Shown here: piece after piece, positions 48,132 to 57,543 of the stretch
Layout: every line of letters begins with the position of its first letter
Position numbering within the stretch: the stretch's first letter is position 1
NCBI GenBank assembly: GCA_017444675.1
Contig: JAFSWD010000170.1
Coordinates: forward strand, 1-59,446
Direction: 5' to 3'
DNA length: 59,446 nt
DNA from: Lachnospiraceae bacterium
GTDB lineage: Bacteria > Bacillota > Clostridia > Lachnospirales > Lachnospiraceae
Notes under the pieces: model-generated
The model's input: the letters and a program-made list of their open reading frames with translations, nothing else
The model's database searches: none
Told to the model about the DNA's origin: nothing
Position numbers and translations under genes: made by a program

Positions 48132-49412
48132 ATGAAGGAAAAGATTTACGAAGAATCGGGTATTTCAAAGGAGGTTGTAAAGCTTTCCGATGACGTGCTT
48201 TCTGGACTTAAAGAAAGATTTGATAAGATCGATGAGATCGCAGAGATCAACCAATTAAAGGTAATAAATGCAATGCGGAAGAATAAACTTGCCGCAGAGC
48301 ATTTTGAAGCTTCTACCGGATACGGCTATGATGATGCGGGCAGAGAAACCCTCGAGAAAGTATATGCAGATATATTCCATGCAGAGGATGCTCTTGTACG
48401 TCCCACTCTTACCTGCGGTACCCACGCTCTTACCATAGCTCTTTCTGCCAATGTAAGGCCGGGAGATGAGATCCTTTCCCCTGTTGGAAAGCCATATGAC
48501 ACGCTGGAAGGCGTTATAGGCATCAGGCCTCAGAAGGGAAGTCTTGCAGAATACGGGGTGACTTACTCCCAGGTGGATCTTCTTCCCGACGGCGGGTTTG
48601 ACTTTGAAGGTATTAAAAACGCGATCAATGAAAAGACAAAACTGGTCACCATTCAACGTTCCAAAGGCTATGAGCCCAGAAAAACCCTTTCAGTGGAGAG
48701 GATAGGTGAACTTGTAAGCTTTATAAAGTCCGTTAAACCGGAAGTCATCTGCATGGTGGACAATTGTTACGGTGAATTTGTGGAGATCATTGAGCCCACC
48801 GATCTGGGTGCGGACCTTTGTGTCGGTTCACTTATCAAAAATCCCGGAGGCGGACTGGCTCCCATAGGCGGCTATATCGTGGGAAGATCGGATCTTATCG
48901 AGAACTGCGCTTACAGACTCACAGCTCCCGGACTTGGAAAAGAAGTGGGGGCGACTCTGGGACTCAATCGTTCCTTCTTTCAGGGACTGTTCCTTGCTCC
49001 TGTTGTTACTGCAGGAGCTTTAAAAGGTGCAATTTTTGCCGCAAATCTGTATGAAAGATTCGGCTTTGAGTGCGTTCCCAATGCCACAGAGGAAAGATTT
49101 GACATCATTCAGGCTGTTAAACTGGGATCTCCCGAAGGAATGAATGCATTTTGCAAGGGAATTCAGGAGGCAGCTCCCGTGGACAGCTATGTAACTCCCG
49201 AACCCTGGCCTATGCCCGGTTATCATTCGGACGTTATCATGGCGGCAGGTGCTTTTATCCAGGGCTCATCCATCGAGCTGTCGGCCGACGGACCTCTTTA
49301 TCCGCCCTATGCCGTATATTTTCAGGGCGGACTTACTTGGTACCATGCAAAGTTCGGTATCATGATGTCATTCCAGGAAATGGTTAATGCGGGACTTATA
49401 AAACTGAAATAG
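48132..49412 (+). CDS. ynbB: YnbB / 'aluminium resistance' family PLP-dependent (Met-gamma-lyase-like) protein
   Basis: TGYGYDDAGRETLEKVYADIFHAEDALVRP...CGTHAL resembles the YnbB family. ATG 48132 has GGAG 5 nt upstream; the ORF is also open from 48117. Confidence 0.8.
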   Translation: MKEKIYEESGISKEVVKLSDDVLSGLKERFDKIDEIAEINQLKVINAMRKNKLAAEHFEASTGYGYDDAGRETLEKVYADIFHAEDALVRPTLTCGTHALTIALSANVRPGDEILSPVGKPYDTLEGVIGIRPQKGSLAEYGVTYSQVDLLPDGGFDFEGIKNAINEKTKLVTIQRSKGYEPRKTLSVERIGELVSFIKSVKPEVICMVDNCYGEFVEIIEPTDLGADLCVGSLIKNPGGGLAPIGGYIVGRSDLIENCAYRLTAPGLGKEVGATLGLNRSFFQGLFLAPVVTAGALKGAIFAANLYERFGFECVPNATEERFDIIQAVKLGSPEGMNAFCKGIQEAAPVDSYVTPEPWPMPGYHSDVIMAAGAFIQGSSIELSADGPLYPPYAVYFQGGLTWYHAKFGIMMSFQEMVNAGLIKLK

Positions 49413-49445
49413 TTTTTCTTTAAGATCACAGGATAAGGCTTAAAT

Positions 49446-50360
49446 ATGAAACTTGAGATCCACAAACGAAAGAAGTCTGCCAAAAGACGCAGACGTGAAA
49501 AGGAAGAAAAAAGAATAGTTCTTCTCCCGAAGCATATACTTTTCGTATTAAGCTTTATTTGCCTTGTAATAATGTTTGTGTCCTACAGATTCCCGGATAC
49601 CGTAAGGCCTGTAAAAAATCTGGCGGATATTGTTTTAAGCCCCATGCAGTCAGGCATAAACCATGTGGGAAGTGCCATATCCGGCAGGATAAAAAAGCGT
49701 GAGACTATGGAAGAACTGAAGACAGAAAACGAGGAATTAAAAAAACTGGTGGAAGATCTTTCGGTCAGAGCACGACTTGCGGGTAACGATCAATATGAGT
49801 TGGATTCCTTGAGACGTCTTTATGAACTGGATACGGAATATCCGGATCTGCCTAAGACCGCTGCAAGGATTATAGCAAGAGAAAGTAACGGCTGGTATGA
49901 TATCTTCACCATAGATAAGGGTTCCGATGACGGTATCTGCGTTAACATGAACGTGATAGCAGGAAACGGTCTGGTGGGAATAGTTACGGATGTGAGAAAG
50001 AATACCTCATTGGTAAAGTCCATAATCGACGATAATTCCAATGTTTCCGCCATGATCGCCTCATCCGGTGACAATTGTATAGTAAACGGCAACATGGCAA
50101 TGCTCCGAAGCAACGGAACCATTGAGATCAACATGCTTCCCAAGGAATGTAATGCAATGGAAAACGAAGAGGTTCTTACTTCACGTATCAGCGATAAGTA
50201 TCTCTCGGGTATTCTTATAGGCTACATTAAAAACCTTGAGATCGATTCAAGTAACATGACAAAGGAAGCTTTATTGGTTCCTGCCGTGGATTTTCAAAAG
50301 CTGGACAATGTTCTGGTGATCACTGTACTTAAAGAAAAAGAAGAGGACACTTTAAGGTAA
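49446..50360 (+). CDS. mreC: Rod shape-determining protein MreC
   Basis: Basic N-terminus, one TM, coiled coil (ELKTENEELKKLVEDL), beta-rich domain (GNGLVGIVTDV). mreC-mreD synteny. Confidence 0.9.
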   Translation: MKLEIHKRKKSAKRRRREKEEKRIVLLPKHILFVLSFICLVIMFVSYRFPDTVRPVKNLADIVLSPMQSGINHVGSAISGRIKKRETMEELKTENEELKKLVEDLSVRARLAGNDQYELDSLRRLYELDTEYPDLPKTAARIIARESNGWYDIFTIDKGSDDGICVNMNVIAGNGLVGIVTDVRKNTSLVKSIIDDNSNVSAMIASSGDNCIVNGNMAMLRSNGTIEINMLPKECNAMENEEVLTSRISDKYLSGILIGYIKNLEIDSSNMTKEALLVPAVDFQKLDNVLVITVLKEKEEDTLR

Positions 50361-50365
50361 ATGCC

Positions 50366-50875
50366 ATGATCCGTTATTTGGTTTATCTGATTGAGATCAT
50401 ATTATGTTATTTATTGCAAACATCTGTGTTTGCAAATTTTCGCGTGTTCGGAGTGGTTCCGGATTGTTTTTTGATCCTTATCATCGTCCTATCCCTTACC
50501 AAAGGGCAGAATCAGGCCATTGCCGCAGGCTTCTTTTCAGGTCTTCTTTTGGATCTTATGTTTTCCGAAACCATCGGAACCTGTTCCATAATCTATATGT
50601 TCATCGCATATATCGCGGGCAGATTTAACAGGATGTTTGATCCTCACAGCCTTATAGTGCCGGCAATTGCCATCTTTACGGGGGAATTGTTCTATTCCCT
50701 TGCCTATTATATTTTCGGCTTCTTTCTCCTGGGAAAGACATCACTGGGCTCTTACATGCTAAACATGATCCTTCCCAGAGCCTTTTATACACTGGTTGTT
50801 GCTGTTTTACTATATCCCCTGTTCTTGTTTGTACAGAAAAAGCTGATGGATTTGGAAGGCTTCTCGAATGAATGA
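50366..50875 (+). CDS. mreD: Rod shape-determining protein MreD
   Basis: 169-aa polytopic membrane protein directly after mreC and overlapping the PBP2 gene. Confidence 0.85.
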   Translation: MIRYLVYLIEIILCYLLQTSVFANFRVFGVVPDCFLILIIVLSLTKGQNQAIAAGFFSGLLLDLMFSETIGTCSIIYMFIAYIAGRFNRMFDPHSLIVPAIAIFTGELFYSLAYYIFGFFLLGKTSLGSYMLNMILPRAFYTLVVAVLLYPLFLFVQKKLMDLEGFSNE

Positions 50876-53687
50876 TGATAACTTCTTAAACAGAATAAAA
50901 TCTGTCTTTACATCCAGATTGTTTTACGTGGCTCTTTCTTTTGCTTTTCTTTCGGGGGTATTGATCTTCAGATTGTACGATCTACAGATAGTGGGCGGAA
51001 AGACAATAAAAAGAAACGAAGAGTATTATACCGTAAAAATGAGGTATATCCCTGCCACAAGAGGCATGATCTATGATCGTAACGGTAAACTCCTGGCAGG
51101 AAACGAACTTTCCTATTCTGTTTTTCTTGAGCAATCCGCATCTTTAAGCGGAAATAAAGAAAAAAATGAGATGATCTTAAAGCTCTGTACAATATTAAGA
51201 GAACATGACATTGAGCCTGAATTTGAATTCGGTATTGCTGCGGATGAAAGGAATGAGCTTTATTTTACCGTCAGCGGAAATTCAGAACTCAGATTTAAGA
51301 AAAACGCCTATGGACTCCGTTCCGTCAACAACCTTTCGGACAAACAAAGAAATGCCACCGCCGAAGAGGTTTTCGACTTTCTTTGCCACGGTGATAAAAC
51401 TTCCGCCATGTTTCAGATATCCGATGATCTGAACCTTGATCAAAAGCTGGATGTGGCCGCGATAAGATATGCCTATTTTACAAATCCGGACAATTCCGCC
51501 AGGTACACTGTGGCTACCAACATTGACGATGTTACCATTGCCGCGCTTCTGGAAGCCTCGGGAGAGCTTCCCGGAGTCTCCGTGGAGCAGCAGACCAAAA
51601 GAGTCTATTACTACAGCGAATGTTTCGCTCATATCATAGGCTATACGGGGCTGATCACCGAAGAAGAGCTGGAGACACTTAACCTTGGAGCCGAAAAGGC
51701 CGACTACACGTCTACGGATTACGTCGGGAAAACAGGCATAGAAGCATCCTTTGAGAAAGAGCTTTCCGGTACCAAAGGTGTGGAAAAAGTTACTTTGAAC
51801 AGATCCGGAAGGATAATAGAAACGGAGATCATTTCCAAGCCTGTTCCCGGAAATAATATTTATCTGTCCCTGGATGCGGAGCTTCAAAAAGACTATTACG
51901 GACTGCTGGAAGAAAATATAGCTTCTGTCCTGGCAGCAAACCTTGTAAACTCAATGGATTACGGTACCAAGGGCACCAGTTCCGACGATATCAATATACC
52001 TATTTACGAATGCTATTATGCTTTATTCGATAACCATGTTTTTGATATTGATAAGCTAAAACTGGAAGATCTGTCGGATAATGAAGAAAGCATATATAAA
52101 AAGTTCTCTTCCTATAAGTCGGATATGCTTAAGGAGTTGAGGGAATATATGCAGTTCGGAAATTCCGCGCCTTTATCGGACCTTCAGGAGGAAGCCCATA
52201 AATATCTGGAATATTTCTTTAAAGAAATGAGAGAAAAGGGGTATCTATATGCCTCAAAAACCGGAAATCACGATCCGGAATACAAAAAATATACGGATAA
52301 TGAGATGAGTTTGTCCGATTACATTGTTCATTGCATAAATAATGAGTGGGTAGACCTTAAAATTTTGGGGATAGAGGGAAGTTACTATACCACCGGAGAG
52401 ATCCACGAACTCCTTATGAATACTATGTTTGATGACATTTCGGACAATGAAGCCATCGATCTTATGATATTCAGGGATCTGATTTTTTCATATAATTTGA
52501 CAGGAACAGAAATTTGTCTTTTATTATTTGATCAAATTGGGATAGAATATACCGAAGAGGATTATATAAAATTAAAAGATTCGAAGATCAAACCTTTCAA
52601 TTTTTTTAAAGATAAACTGACAGCTTTGCAGATCACTCCGGCCATGCTTGCCATAGAACCCTATAACGGTTCTGCGGTCCAAACGGATTGTAAGACGGGA
52701 GCGGTCATAGCCATGGTCACATATCCGGGTTATGACAACAATAAGCTGGCCAATAAGATCGACTGGAAGTACTATTCAAAATTATTGGAAGACGGATCCA
52801 ATCCTCTTTATAACCGTGCGACTCAAATGAGGATTCCCACAGGTTCCACCATTAAACCGCTTGTTGCGGTTTCCGGTATCTTAAACGGAGTTCTTACATC
52901 CACGGAAAAAATTCGCGATGAAGTAATATTTACCAAGATCGATCCGAGTCCTGCCTGCTGGTACATTCACGGGCACGGAGAACAGACTCTGGCCTATGCC
53001 ATTAAGAATTCCTGTAACTATTTCTTTTATGAGGTGGGTTACAGACTCGCGACGAAAAACAGTGAAGAGTACTCCGATTCCCTAGGTATTTCATTGCTCA
53101 CGGAAACCGGCACATTGTTTGGACTTAATAAAAATTCCGGCATTGAAATAAGTGAAGCGGAGCCTGTTTTTTCTACTTCGGATGCAGTTCGTTCGTCCAT
53201 AGGTTACGGACACAGATTTACGGCCACACAGATGTCAAAGTATGCTACAGCCATTGCCACTCGGGGTAAGGTTTACGATCTGACCGTGATATCAAAGATA
53301 ACCGACAAGGACGGCCATATCTTATATGAGAGTACTCCCGTTATATCCGGGGTTATCAACGGATTATCGGATGATGACTGGATGTCCATACATTCCGGAA
53401 TGGAAATGGTGGTTTCCTCTTCAAGCACTTTGAAGAAAGCCTTTGCAAAGGTTCCCTATACCGTGGCGGCGAAAACAGGTACTGCCGAAGTATCGGCAAC
53501 CAATGCAGCTCACGCACTCGCTATAAGTTTTGCACCTGAGAAAGATCCGGAAACAAGTGTAGTTGCCGTAATTACCAACGGATATTCCGGAACCAATTCG
53601 GCAATTCTTGTCAGTGATATTTACAAAGACTATTATCATATAATAGATAATACAAATCTTGGTGAAATAGAATTTATCGGAGACTGA
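50868..53687 (+). CDS. mrdA: Penicillin-binding protein 2 (elongasome class B transpeptidase), 939 aa
   Basis: N-terminal TM, PBP dimerisation region (RGMIYDRNGKLLA), transpeptidase motifs STIK (TGSTIKP), SCN, KTG (AKTGTAE). mreCD/rodA neighbourhood. Confidence 0.9.
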   Translation: MNDDNFLNRIKSVFTSRLFYVALSFAFLSGVLIFRLYDLQIVGGKTIKRNEEYYTVKMRYIPATRGMIYDRNGKLLAGNELSYSVFLEQSASLSGNKEKNEMILKLCTILREHDIEPEFEFGIAADERNELYFTVSGNSELRFKKNAYGLRSVNNLSDKQRNATAEEVFDFLCHGDKTSAMFQISDDLNLDQKLDVAAIRYAYFTNPDNSARYTVATNIDDVTIAALLEASGELPGVSVEQQTKRVYYYSECFAHIIGYTGLITEEELETLNLGAEKADYTSTDYVGKTGIEASFEKELSGTKGVEKVTLNRSGRIIETEIISKPVPGNNIYLSLDAELQKDYYGLLEENIASVLAANLVNSMDYGTKGTSSDDINIPIYECYYALFDNHVFDIDKLKLEDLSDNEESIYKKFSSYKSDMLKELREYMQFGNSAPLSDLQEEAHKYLEYFFKEMREKGYLYASKTGNHDPEYKKYTDNEMSLSDYIVHCINNEWVDLKILGIEGSYYTTGEIHELLMNTMFDDISDNEAIDLMIFRDLIFSYNLTGTEICLLLFDQIGIEYTEEDYIKLKDSKIKPFNFFKDKLTALQITPAMLAIEPYNGSAVQTDCKTGAVIAMVTYPGYDNNKLANKIDWKYYSKLLEDGSNPLYNRATQMRIPTGSTIKPLVAVSGILNGVLTSTEKIRDEVIFTKIDPSPACWYIHGHGEQTLAYAIKNSCNYFFYEVGYRLATKNSEEYSDSLGISLLTETGTLFGLNKNSGIEISEAEPVFSTSDAVRSSIGYGHRFTATQMSKYATAIATRGKVYDLTVISKITDKDGHILYESTPVISGVINGLSDDDWMSIHSGMEMVVSSSSTLKKAFAKVPYTVAAKTGTAEVSATNAAHALAISFAPEKDPETSVVAVITNGYSGTNSAILVSDIYKDYYHIIDNTNLGEIEFIGD

Positions 53688-53698
53688 CAGGAGGTTAA

Positions 53699-54535
53699 AT
53701 GAGCGGTATAATTTCATTAAAGGGCAACAGATACGGACTTTCCGTTAACATTGCCTCCGATGCGTCGTTTGATGATATAAAGACTGAAACTGCCGAATAC
53801 TTTAAACACGCATCAAAAATGTTCGGTAAAGAAAAAATCGCCATTGGTTTTGAGGGCAGACCGCTGAACGACGAAGAAAGAGAAGAATTGATAGGTATCA
53901 TCCGGAACAGTTGTTCTCTGGATATTTTATGTATTATGGATTTTAATTCCGATACGGAAGAGAGATTCAGAAGGGCTGTTCAGAAATATAATGAACCTGA
54001 AGAGATAGAAATTGAACCTGTTGAGGAAACTGTCGCAGCCGAAACTGAGGATACGATCCTTGAAGAGTTCGAAGTAGTTCCCTCGGAAGAGGTCAATGCG
54101 GAAACATCCGTTTCGGAGCCCCCGGAAGATGAGGATTTCATTTATTACTCACGGGAGGATATTCCAAAGATCGCCCGGTTTTATAAAGGTTATTTAAGAA
54201 GCGGCATGGTGATCAATGAAAAAAGCAGCCTTGTAATACTGGGGGATATAAATGCCGGCAGTGAGATCTACTCCGAAGGGAGCATCATCATCCTGGGCAG
54301 TCTCAAAGGAAAAGCCTATGCAGGCATCAACGGTAACGAAAACGCCTTTGTATTCGCTCTTAATATGGATCCCATCCAGATCAGGATAGCGGATAAGATA
54401 GGCAGAGCTTCCGATTCCGTTGTCAAGAAAAAAGAAAAAAAAGAAGAGCATGAACCGAAGATCGCATTGGTAAAAGATAATGCCATTGCCATCGAGCTCG
54501 CATCCAGATCGGTTCTTAACGATATAATACTTTAA
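53699..54535 (+). CDS. minC: Septum site-determining protein MinC
   Basis: N-terminal MinC domain, acidic linker, C-terminal beta-helix (LVILGDINAGSEIYSEGSIIILGSLKGKAYAG). Confidence 0.9.
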   Translation: MSGIISLKGNRYGLSVNIASDASFDDIKTETAEYFKHASKMFGKEKIAIGFEGRPLNDEEREELIGIIRNSCSLDILCIMDFNSDTEERFRRAVQKYNEPEEIEIEPVEETVAAETEDTILEEFEVVPSEEVNAETSVSEPPEDEDFIYYSREDIPKIARFYKGYLRSGMVINEKSSLVILGDINAGSEIYSEGSIIILGSLKGKAYAGINGNENAFVFALNMDPIQIRIADKIGRASDSVVKKKEKKEEHEPKIALVKDNAIAIELASRSVLNDIIL

Positions 54536-54554
54536 ACTCGGAGGATTTTAAAAC

Positions 54555-55340
54555 ATGGGAGAGGTTATTGTAGTAACATCCGGAAAGGGCGGCGTTGGTA
54601 AGACCACGACCACTGCCAATGTCGGTACCGGATTGGCTAAACTCGACAAAAAAGTAGTACTGATCGATATGGATATCGGCCTCAGAAATCTCGACGTTGT
54701 TATGGGTCTCGAAAACAGGATAGTATACAATCTCGTTGATGTTATAGAGCAAAAGTGTAAGATCAATCAGGCATTTATCAAGGTAAAGGGATATTCCAAT
54801 TTTTATCTCCTTCCCTGCGCTCAGACAAGAGACAAGACTTCTGTATCTCCTGAACAGATGAAGACCTTGACCGACACTCTTAAAAAGGAATTTGATTACG
54901 TCATTCTGGACTGCCCTGCAGGTATTGAACAAGGTTTCAGAAATGCCATTGCCGGTGCTGACAGAGCTTTGATCGTTACCACGCCTGAAGTATCTGCTGT
55001 CAGAGATGCAGACAGGATCATCGGTCTTCTTGATGCCAATGAGGTTAAACGTTATGACCTTATTGTTAACAGACTTCGCATGGATATGGTCAAGCGCGGA
55101 GAAATGATGTCTGCAGAAGACGTTCTTGAAGTACTTTCCATCAATCTGATCGGTATTGTTCCCGATGATGAAAATATCGTTGTGGCTACAAATACAGGTA
55201 TCCCTCTTGTTGGTTCCGAATCATTGGCAGGTAAAGCGTTCATGAACATCTGTCACAGAGTTACCGGTGAAGAGGTCCCTTTCCTGGATCTTAACAAGAA
55301 AAGCGGATTCTTCTCCAAATTATTCGGTAAAAAGCAATAA
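54555..55340 (+). CDS. minD: Septum site-determining ATPase MinD
   Basis: Deviant Walker A SGKGGVGKTTT, DCPAGIE, C-terminal amphipathic helix (GFFSKLFGKK). Confidence 0.97.
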   Translation: MGEVIVVTSGKGGVGKTTTTANVGTGLAKLDKKVVLIDMDIGLRNLDVVMGLENRIVYNLVDVIEQKCKINQAFIKVKGYSNFYLLPCAQTRDKTSVSPEQMKTLTDTLKKEFDYVILDCPAGIEQGFRNAIAGADRALIVTTPEVSAVRDADRIIGLLDANEVKRYDLIVNRLRMDMVKRGEMMSAEDVLEVLSINLIGIVPDDENIVVATNTGIPLVGSESLAGKAFMNICHRVTGEEVPFLDLNKKSGFFSKLFGKKQ

Positions 55341-55354
55341 CGGGAGGGACAAAA

Positions 55355-55630
55355 ATGGGCTTTTTCAGCAAAAAAAACAAACAAAAAAGATCCGGGCTGG
55401 ATGCGAAAAGCAGATTGAAGCTTGTTCTCTATTCGGAGCATCAAGGACTTCCGCCCGAAACAATAGAGCAGATCAAAACAGATATTATTTCCGTTTTGTC
55501 AAAGTATGTTGATGTTGATATCGAGAATTTTGATATCAAGATCTCACCGGACGGAAAGCTTGCAGGCAGCAATGGTCCTGCATTACAGGCTAATATCCCC
55601 ATAAAGGAAAGAAAAGTAAAACGGATCTGA
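55355..55630 (+). CDS. minE: Cell division topological specificity factor MinE
   Basis: 91 aa. N-terminal membrane-targeting MGFFSKK, SRLKLVLYSEH, conserved position after minD. Confidence 0.92.
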   Translation: MGFFSKKNKQKRSGLDAKSRLKLVLYSEHQGLPPETIEQIKTDIISVLSKYVDVDIENFDIKISPDGKLAGSNGPALQANIPIKERKVKRI

Positions 55631-55634
55631 TCAA

Positions 55635-56810
55635 ATGCTGAATCTGATTAAAAAATTACGGGACAAGATCCTGTGTTATAACCTGAGGGAATACAATATA
55701 GCTTTAATGGTCTTTGCAGCTTCCTTAGGAATCATTGGTGCATATACATTATTTGTAATGCCCGGAGTATCCGAAAAGCTATATCTTAAGCAGCTGATCG
55801 GTGTTGCAGGCGGCATGTTTCTGGCCATGTTTGTATCGGTTTTTGATTACAGATTTCTGGCCGGACTGTATGTCCCCATGTATCTTTTGAACCTTTTGCT
55901 TCTTGCCGCCGTTAAATTTACACGATTCGGCGTTACCATATACGGTGCCAGGAGATGGCTGGGGTTCAAAGAGATCTTTTCTTTTCAGCCTTCGGAACTT
56001 TCTAAGGTCATTATGATCATTGTGATGGCCAAGATCTATCAGATATTGGAACCGAAGTTAAAAAAAATTTATGTAATACTTATAGTAGGAGCGGTCTTTG
56101 GTCTTCAATGGCTGCTCATATTGATAGAACCCGATCTGTCAACAAGCATAGTCTTTGCATTATTGTTTGTGATCATGCTTTTTGCTTCGGGATACAATAT
56201 AAAGGCGATAGCGGCATTGATCGTAGTAACCGTACCTCTTCTCATATTTACTTTTTGGTACGTTCAGCAGCCGGATCCCTTATTCATAACAGAAAATCAA
56301 CAAACCAGAATACTTGCTTATCTTCATCCGGAGGATTATCCGGACACCATGTACCAACAGCTTAATTCCGTTTCGGCTATTGGTTCCGGCGGACTTTTGG
56401 GAAAGCAGTTGAACAATGATACAGGTACCAGAGGAACGGTGTATGTACCGGTTCGTGAAAGTGATTTTATTTTCACAGGGATATGCGAGGAGTTCGGGTT
56501 TCTTGGAGCAACACTCGTCATCATTTTATTCTTCTTGATGGCGCTGAATATCTTAAAGATCGCGTATAACGCGTCCGACTTGCTCGGAAAATTGATTGGA
56601 GTGGGTTGCGCCTGTGTTTTCACATCTCAGATGTTTGTTAACATCGGCGTTGTTACATTGCTTCTTCCGAATACGGGAATTCCGTTGCCGTTTGTAAGCA
56701 ACGGATTAAGTTCTGCACTCAGCAGTTACATTATGCTTGGGATAGTACAGAACATAGCAATCAATCATGATGTTGCCCTTAAAAAGGAAAGCGAGGAATT
56801 GATCAGATGA
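55635..56810 (+). CDS. rodA: FtsW/RodA/SpoVE (SEDS) family protein, probably RodA
   Basis: ~10-TM SEDS protein (QPSELSKV, ESDFIF, GIPLPFVSNGLSS). Context with mreCD-mrdA-minCDE. Confidence 0.9.
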   Translation: MLNLIKKLRDKILCYNLREYNIALMVFAASLGIIGAYTLFVMPGVSEKLYLKQLIGVAGGMFLAMFVSVFDYRFLAGLYVPMYLLNLLLLAAVKFTRFGVTIYGARRWLGFKEIFSFQPSELSKVIMIIVMAKIYQILEPKLKKIYVILIVGAVFGLQWLLILIEPDLSTSIVFALLFVIMLFASGYNIKAIAALIVVTVPLLIFTFWYVQQPDPLFITENQQTRILAYLHPEDYPDTMYQQLNSVSAIGSGGLLGKQLNNDTGTRGTVYVPVRESDFIFTGICEEFGFLGATLVIILFFLMALNILKIAYNASDLLGKLIGVGCACVFTSQMFVNIGVVTLLLPNTGIPLPFVSNGLSSALSSYIMLGIVQNIAINHDVALKKESEELIR

Positions 56811-57205
56811 ACATAGGCTTAATTGCACATGATGCCAAAAAGAAGCTTCTGCAGAGTTTCTGCATAGCATATAAGGGGATATTGTCGAAACATTCTCTTT
56901 TTGCTACAGGAACCACCGGAAGAATGATAGAGGATGGCACAGGGTTAACCGTTCATAAGTATCTCGCGGGGCATCTCGGAGGACAGCAACAGATGGGAGC
57001 TCAAATAGAGAGCAATGATATGGATATGATAATCTATCTGAGAGACCCTTTAAATCCAAAGTCACATGAGCCTAACGTATTTGATATCATCAGTCTCTGT
57101 GACACTCATAATATTCCTTTTGCAACGAACATAGCAACCGCAGAGCTGCTGGTAAAGGCCTTGGACAGGGGAGACCTTGACTGGAGAGAATTGTATAAGA
57201 ATTAA
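56807..57205 (+). CDS. mgsA: Methylglyoxal synthase
   Basis: ATGA overlap with rodA. IGLIAHDAKKK, ATGTTGRMIE, LRDPLNPKSHEPNV. Confidence 0.95.
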   Translation: MNIGLIAHDAKKKLLQSFCIAYKGILSKHSLFATGTTGRMIEDGTGLTVHKYLAGHLGGQQQMGAQIESNDMDMIIYLRDPLNPKSHEPNVFDIISLCDTHNIPFATNIATAELLVKALDRGDLDWRELYKN

Positions 57206-57231
57206 GTTTTAACTAAGATGTTAGCTGTGAA

Positions 57232-57354
57232 CGTTATAAGGCACATGAAATAAATTTCATGTGCACACGGATAATAAGCGCTCTTACAAGCAAGCTTGAC
57301 GATCGCTCATCATCCGTGTGGTTATGTAAGCTTCGCTTACATAACCTTATAACG
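57232..57354. repeat. 123-nt nest of four perfect inverted repeats folding as a cloverleaf / four-way junction (function unknown)
   Basis: P1 CGTTATAAGG (57232-57241) / CCTTATAACG (57345-57354). P2 GCACATGAAA-TAAA-TTTCATGTGC (57241-57264). P3 CACACGGAT (57264-57272) / ATCCGTGTG (57312-57320) with further inner pairs. P4 GGTTATGTAAG (57320-57330) / CTTACATAACC (57336-57346). All pairs are Watson-Crick. Confidence 0.6.
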
Positions 57355-57491
57355 GGGTTAGGTAATAAACAAAAGCATTAATCTTTACGATTTTTTCAAA
57401 GGTAAGGGGTGTTAAGACATTAAGTCAAATAATTTGCTTATGTATGATTACAGCTCATGACGATATGCCCTATACGTTGCGACCACTAACT

Positions 57492-57520
57492 TTGATAATG
57501 AATTTCTCATTCATTATAAA
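57492..57520 (+). promoter_or_regulatory. Sigma-A promoter with a 9-5-9 palindromic operator-like site in the spacer
   Basis: TTGATA (57492-57497), 17 nt, TATAAA (57515-57520). Inverted repeat ATAATGAAT-ttctc-ATTCATTAT (57495-57517) spans from the -35 to the -10. Confidence 0.55.
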
Positions 57521-57543
57521 TATCATTTCAGGAGGATGAAATT

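Noticed and set aside
57444-57539. 31-codon ORF (MITAHDDMPYTLRPL...) in the spacer upstream of the P-loop gene
   Set aside because: It has no RBS, crosses the predicted promoter/operator, and terminates inside the RBS of the next gene. It is most likely chance.
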